DNA of 31,977 nt from a virus (Duplodnaviria; Caudoviricetes), in the IMG/VR virus record IMGVR_UViG_3300006919_000234, positions 1 through 31,977 of that record. One strand, given 5' to 3'. The position numbers and the translations under genes were made by a program. The notes under the pieces are model-generated. The model was not told where the DNA came from, did not search any database, and saw nothing but the letters and a program-made list of their open reading frames with translations. Positions 27,921 to 31,977 of this stretch are shown one piece after another (the stretch's first letter is position 1; every line of letters begins with the position of its first letter).

Positions 27921-30134
27921 TTAGTTTCTTATTTTTGAATAACTTCCAGAGTTGTCATATTTTTTAAACCCTAGACTTATGTTTTTTCTTACTACTTTAT
28001 TTACTGGTGCGTAACGATTTCTGTTACAAGCCATAATGGCTAATCCTGAACTTATAGAAGCATCGTGAGATGTCCTGTTGTTTATATTAAACCTTGCCCA
28101 ATCTTCTAATGTTCTTTGAAAATAAACATCTCCCATCTCATCATCTCCTAAAATTCCTACAAGTTCCTCAATATATGTTTCTATTGCAGCAGCGTGAGCT
28201 TGCTTTATATCTTCACTAGAGTTAGGTAATCCCCCAATTTCTCTTTCTGTTACTGATAGTCTTGTATACTTTTTATCAGGTCTATTCATTGAGTATCCTC
28301 TATACCCTCTGTTCTTAAAGTGATACAATAACCTTGGTTTGTTATTTTCTGCTAGTATTGGCATACCGTAAAATACACAAGCCATTAATACATCCTCAAA
28401 AAATATCTCTGCTGTTTGAGGTCTTGCAATGTACTCTAAAAAGAAGTGGTTACTTGGAGCATCTTCCATACTAAACTTAGTTAGTCCGTGAAGAGAACCA
28501 TTAGAACCTCTCTTATCTACTGTTCCCGATATGTCATATGGGTCACATCCAAAAGCTCCTAAATGCTCATTACCTGGGTAATTTGTTCCACCTTTAGAGA
28601 TAACTCTGTTTTGTAAAGATACAGGAGGAATCCAAGTTATATAAAACCTACCCTTTGGGTTTGGCATAAACATTACTCTTGTATCTTGAATCCCATTCTC
28701 CCATTGAAAGTTTCCTCTAGTTATTAATGAACTAGACTTCATCCCTTCGTTGTGGTCTATCTGTTGATATATCTTTTCCAAATTAAATATAGACTCCTTT
28801 GCTTCATCTCTAAATGCGTGCTGTTCCGTTCTAGGGAACTGTCTATAAAATTCATTTAATCCATCTTGGTCGTTTTTAAGACCTTCTACTTCATTCTCCC
28901 AATAATCTATTACCCCTTTACTAATTAAATTTCCGTATGTGTCTTTAATTGGTTTCTCTGGCTTATCGAATACAGGTAATCCATAAGAATCAATGTATCC
29001 CTCGTAGTTCCATTCCATAGGTATGAACAAAGAATATAGTCCTGAAGCAGTCTGTCCATTGCTATTTCTGTTCGTAACGTCTGATGCATAGTATAACTTT
29101 TTAAAATTATCTCCTCCCTTATCTAAAGCATTTGATGTTGAACCCATCATACACTTACCTATTATCCTGCTACCTAACCTAAGACAAGTTTTTGTTACCC
29201 TCCAGTTATTAAGTATGTTGTTAGGTTTCTCCCACTTACCAGACTCATCGTGTACAAGTAACTTTAATTTTTCTCCATCATAGGAGTTGTCGCCTGTATT
29301 CTTCCAATCAATAGTAGTATCCAACCCTTTGATATCTTCTTGCTTTTCGTTAGAATCAAGTTTCCTCCTCGTAAATTTCGATGCTGGTACTCTATATGCA
29401 AGTTCAGTCTTGGGTCTGTCCATTCCATCTTGTATAGGTTTAAAGAAGAATGGGTAGTTGACTGAGATTGGTACAACTTTGTCGGTAAACATCTTTTTTG
29501 CATCAGGTCCTGACTTTGATAGTATCCCATATCTTGAGTCAACTGATATTGTGGCAAGGTTAACTGTTTCTCCCGAAGACATAAAGGAGAATCCACTCCG
29601 TCTATTTTTAAGGTAGCACATTCCAAAGCACCTTGTGTCAGCTTTGCAGGCTTCCCAAAATATGTAGAACAATCTATTTGATTCTCTAAAGTCGGGGTGT
29701 CCAACGTCAATCTTTGACCATTGCAAGTACATATAATGAGAGCCAGTAATATAAGTAGGCTCACCCTTATTATTAAACCAAAATCCGTTTTCCCTTCTTT
29801 CAAATTCTTTTTCAATGTAATCGTACCATTTTTCTTTAAATTCTTCTGGATACTCTTCCCAGTCAAATATTGTTTTTATTCTACTAAGTTCTTTTGGATA
29901 CTCAATATTAGACCACTTATTTCCTGGTAGTTTTTTAACATCAAACTCTTTTGGTAGTGCAATTTTTAAGTTTTGTATCTCGTAAATCTCACCTATTTGA
30001 CCTGTCTTACTTATTACAACAACATCAAAATCTTCATTGTATCCGTACTTCCAAGACTTAGATATATTCTTTTTATTTAGTGTTGATGGTTTTATGTGGT
30101 TGTCTAGTACTCTGTATAAACTTTGCTCGTACAT
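27921..30134 (-). CDS. terL: Terminase large subunit (737 aa from ATG at 30134)
   Basis: Walker A-like KNRRSGFS, Walker B LLVHDESGKW, coupling motif GSTSN, nuclease FGCDPYD...HDASISSG; the ATG 2 nt after the upstream stop is preferred over the ORF-track start at 30164. Confidence 0.93.
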   Translation of the reverse strand: MYEQSLYRVLDNHIKPSTLNKKNISKSWKYGYNEDFDVVVISKTGQIGEIYEIQNLKIALPKEFDVKKLPGNKWSNIEYPKELSRIKTIFDWEEYPEEFKEKWYDYIEKEFERRENGFWFNNKGEPTYITGSHYMYLQWSKIDVGHPDFRESNRLFYIFWEACKADTRCFGMCYLKNRRSGFSFMSSGETVNLATISVDSRYGILSKSGPDAKKMFTDKVVPISVNYPFFFKPIQDGMDRPKTELAYRVPASKFTRRKLDSNEKQEDIKGLDTTIDWKNTGDNSYDGEKLKLLVHDESGKWEKPNNILNNWRVTKTCLRLGSRIIGKCMMGSTSNALDKGGDNFKKLYYASDVTNRNSNGQTASGLYSLFIPMEWNYEGYIDSYGLPVFDKPEKPIKDTYGNLISKGVIDYWENEVEGLKNDQDGLNEFYRQFPRTEQHAFRDEAKESIFNLEKIYQQIDHNEGMKSSSLITRGNFQWENGIQDTRVMFMPNPKGRFYITWIPPVSLQNRVISKGGTNYPGNEHLGAFGCDPYDISGTVDKRGSNGSLHGLTKFSMEDAPSNHFFLEYIARPQTAEIFFEDVLMACVFYGMPILAENNKPRLLYHFKNRGYRGYSMNRPDKKYTRLSVTEREIGGLPNSSEDIKQAHAAAIETYIEELVGILGDDEMGDVYFQRTLEDWARFNINNRTSHDASISSGLAIMACNRNRYAPVNKVVRKNISLGFKKYDNSGSYSKIRN

Positions 30135-30135
30135 A

Positions 30136-30417
30136 TTACTTAGTATTAGCTCTTCCCTCAGCAAACCCTCTAAACTCTTTCTTTTTAGTTTCTTCTTTAG
30201 GTTTTTCGTTTAGTATATCTTCTTCATTTTGTATACGTTGAAGTATTTCAAATGCATCAAATATTGCAAGTTTTTTAGTTGCTGCTGCATTCTTTAATCT
30301 ATCCGCTGTTATGTCATCCCCTGAGTCTATGATAGCTTCTTCAGCAACTTTAATAAGTTCAAGAACTGCTTTTTGCCCAGCTAGGATTATACTCTCTTTC
30401 ATCTCCTTTACGTTCAT
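30136..30417 (-). CDS. Putative terminase small subunit (93 aa)
   Basis: Helical ORF directly upstream of terL (ADRLKNAAATKKLAIFDAFEIL, C-terminal GFAEGR); function inferred from position. Confidence 0.55.
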   Translation of the reverse strand: MNVKEMKESIILAGQKAVLELIKVAEEAIIDSGDDITADRLKNAAATKKLAIFDAFEILQRIQNEEDILNEKPKEETKKKEFRGFAEGRANTK

Positions 30418-30958
30418 AGCTTCCAACGATATTAATAAATTTCATACAATATAATAATTCCCCATCTATAATAAACTCAAACTCAGATTCAGGTCTAAAT
30501 GAAACAAGGTCTCCCTCATTTATACCTAAGTTTGTTAGTCCTTTGTTGCCATACTTTAAAATACCTATAAGTGGTTTTTCTTTTGTTAAAGAAAATATAC
30601 TATCACTTTGTATTGGCTTTACGAAACAATAATTAAGATGAGTCTTATTTTTTCCATACATATATATTTGCTCAGGTGAACAAGCATACATATCTTCTTT
30701 AATGAAGCTTCTACTATTTTTTTCGTTCCCTCTAATGTCATAGAATCTTCTAAATACGTTATGGTGTACTACTACTTTATCTCCAACTTTAATGTCAGTT
30801 TTTATAGATAAAGGCAAAGCGACAACTTCTGCCACCTTGCTTACACTTTTAAATTCCTCAATTCTTGTATTTATAATGAGGTCAACATCGTCAACCTTAA
30901 CAGTATTATTGTATCGACCCTCTATGGGTTTTACGATAAAATCGTGAATACTTTTCAT
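30359..30958 (-). CDS. GroES-like co-chaperonin with two tandem domains (199 aa)
   Basis: DFIVKP..AEVVALP..IKVGDKVVVHH and YCFVKP..GILKYGN..GINEGDLVSF..EF.IDGE.LY.M each resemble Cpn10. Confidence 0.6.
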   Translation of the reverse strand: MKSIHDFIVKPIEGRYNNTVKVDDVDLIINTRIEEFKSVSKVAEVVALPLSIKTDIKVGDKVVVHHNVFRRFYDIRGNEKNSRSFIKEDMYACSPEQIYMYGKNKTHLNYCFVKPIQSDSIFSLTKEKPLIGILKYGNKGLTNLGINEGDLVSFRPESEFEFIIDGELLYCMKFINIVGSYERKGDEREYNPSWAKSSS

Positions 30959-31185
30959 TAATACTGCAAGTCATATTCAACAGATATTGCCATATTAGAA
31001 TTAAACTTTTTCCAAGGCAATGTTTCTTTTTCTTTTTGAATATAGATGTTATAAGAGTTATCTTTCTCATTGAAAAGAATATCAGATATTTCGTGACCAC
31101 CATACACCTGCTGTCCAACAGAGTAGTGCATAGCGTCATTTTTGTAATCAGACCCTATGCTGATTTTTCTTATAACATTACTCAT
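30958..31185 (-). CDS. Conserved phage hypothetical protein (75 aa)
   Basis: IRKISIGSDYKNDAMHYSVGQQVYGGH..WKKFNSNMAISVEY; TAATG coupling on both sides. Confidence 0.85.
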   Translation of the reverse strand: MSNVIRKISIGSDYKNDAMHYSVGQQVYGGHEISDILFNEKDNSYNIYIQKEKETLPWKKFNSNMAISVEYDLQY

Positions 31186-31424
31186 TATTCCTTAATTGTA
31201 TCTTCAACCTCGGAGTAACTTCCATCGTCAAGATTAATATTTACACGACCATACTTTTCTTCAAGTTTGGTTTTTGTTTCTTCGACTTCTTGATTTACAT
31301 CAAGCATTACGACCATAACCTCGTGCTTCCTAAGCTCTAGTGTTCCGATGTCTTGTTTAATTTGAGCAATTTTTGTTTGTTGCTCTCTGATAAGCTCTAG
31401 CTCTTCATCTGTAATTCTATTCAT
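31185..31424 (-). CDS. Small coiled-coil protein (79 aa)
   Basis: Heptad pattern, LEEKYG..NINL.DG motif; coupled to the next gene. Confidence 0.82.
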   Translation of the reverse strand: MNRITDEELELIREQQTKIAQIKQDIGTLELRKHEVMVVMLDVNQEVEETKTKLEEKYGRVNINLDDGSYSEVEDTIKE

Positions 31425-31472
31425 ATTAAATTAAATTTGATTCTTACTCTTTTTATAATTACTTATTTTTTA

Positions 31473-31916
31473 TTATTTTTCTGCTGATGTCCCATAATAG
31501 TAGGCAAATATGTTTGAAATTACCACACCTTCAACCATACCCATTAAATGTACAAAGAGTTCGTTATGTAAAACTCCTTCCTCGTAAACTACTGCGTATA
31601 TGATAAATAAGAAAGAAGCTAACCCAACGATACCTGTAAGCATCATCATAGTATCTTTCCCACCTGCCTTTTTAACTTCAACCTCTCTATTTCTAGCAGA
31701 TTCTCTATCCTTTACTTCTAACTCATACATTTCTTTAGTTTGAGCTAAAGCTTCTTTTTTGTCTTCTGGGCTAATCTTTTCGTCTTTCTCTACAAGGTTT
31801 TTAACAATACCTAAAACACCTGCGTCTGGTAATAAGTCTCCAGCTATATCTAATATATGTGGAGCAGTCTTACCTAAAAACTTACCTAACTTTGTATCTT
31901 TAAATTTCTTAGACAT
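31473..31916 (-). CDS. Holin-like membrane protein (147 aa)
   Basis: E..DRESARNRE motif, two C-terminal hydrophobic helices, YYYGTS end, resembling 3TM/GTA-type holins. Confidence 0.6.
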   Translation of the reverse strand: MSKKFKDTKLGKFLGKTAPHILDIAGDLLPDAGVLGIVKNLVEKDEKISPEDKKEALAQTKEMYELEVKDRESARNREVEVKKAGGKDTMMMLTGIVGLASFLFIIYAVVYEEGVLHNELFVHLMGMVEGVVISNIFAYYYGTSAEK

Positions 31917-31977
31917 TGTATTTTTTATCTTTATATTTAGTTTTAGATTTCTTATAAGCCTCTGCTTCCCAAGGAGA
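31909..31977 (-). CDS. 3' end of probable zinc metallopeptidase-like protein (truncated by window)
   Basis: SPWEAEAYKKSKTKYKDKKYNV*; PWE.EAY is the distal motif of small phage HExxH peptidases, but the HExxH itself is outside the window. Confidence 0.5.
   Translation of the reverse strand, partial: SPWEAEAYKKSKTKYKDKKYNV

Larger units (their letters stand above)
1..31977. mobile_element. Tailed bacteriophage genome segment (crAss-like podovirus organisation, probable Bacteroidota/Flavobacteriia host)
   Basis: TerL-portal-scaffold-MCP-tail-ejection gene order, no host housekeeping genes, TAnnTTTG promoter, AT-rich leaders without Shine-Dalgarno sequences. Confidence 0.92.

Noticed and set aside
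27921-30164. Intein or intron in terL, and the longer start at 30164
   Set aside because: Motifs are continuous with no splicing or LAGLIDADG/HNH signatures; the ATG at 30134 fits the operon spacing better
505-31916. Stop-codon reassignment as in some crAss-like phages
   Set aside because: Genes are long and contiguous in code 11; TAG (505-507) and TGA (30359-30361) appear to act as real stops
1-31977. tRNA or rRNA genes
   Set aside because: Intergenic gaps are short and AT-rich, with no cloverleaf or T-loop signature seen

Overview
AT-rich dsDNA tailed-phage segment with a crAss-like/Flavobacteriia podophage gene order, read in standard code 11. Positions 1-475 (+ strand) are the end of a replication/metabolism operon: the C-terminus of a class II ribonucleotide reductase, a small conserved ORF, a Bacteroidetes-type promoter and a bidirectional terminator. 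The rest is a tightly packed minus-strand virion module: partial metallopeptidase, holin-like protein, small ORFs, tandem GroES-like protein, probable TerS, TerL, portal, scaffold, major capsid protein, ring/tail proteins, a two-gene tail stabilization (muzzle) unit, three probable ejection proteins (210, 799 and 3130 aa) and three small genes. The most striking element is the 3130-aa polyvalent protein. It carries two HExxH zincins, two ART-like domains and one unrecognised domain, and several of these are bounded by in-frame, near-identical ~23-bp direct repeats and by R-x-Q or TSEV linker peptides. This suggests an exchangeable, possibly self-processed, injected effector cassette array. All family calls come from motif recognition and synteny, not from database searches.
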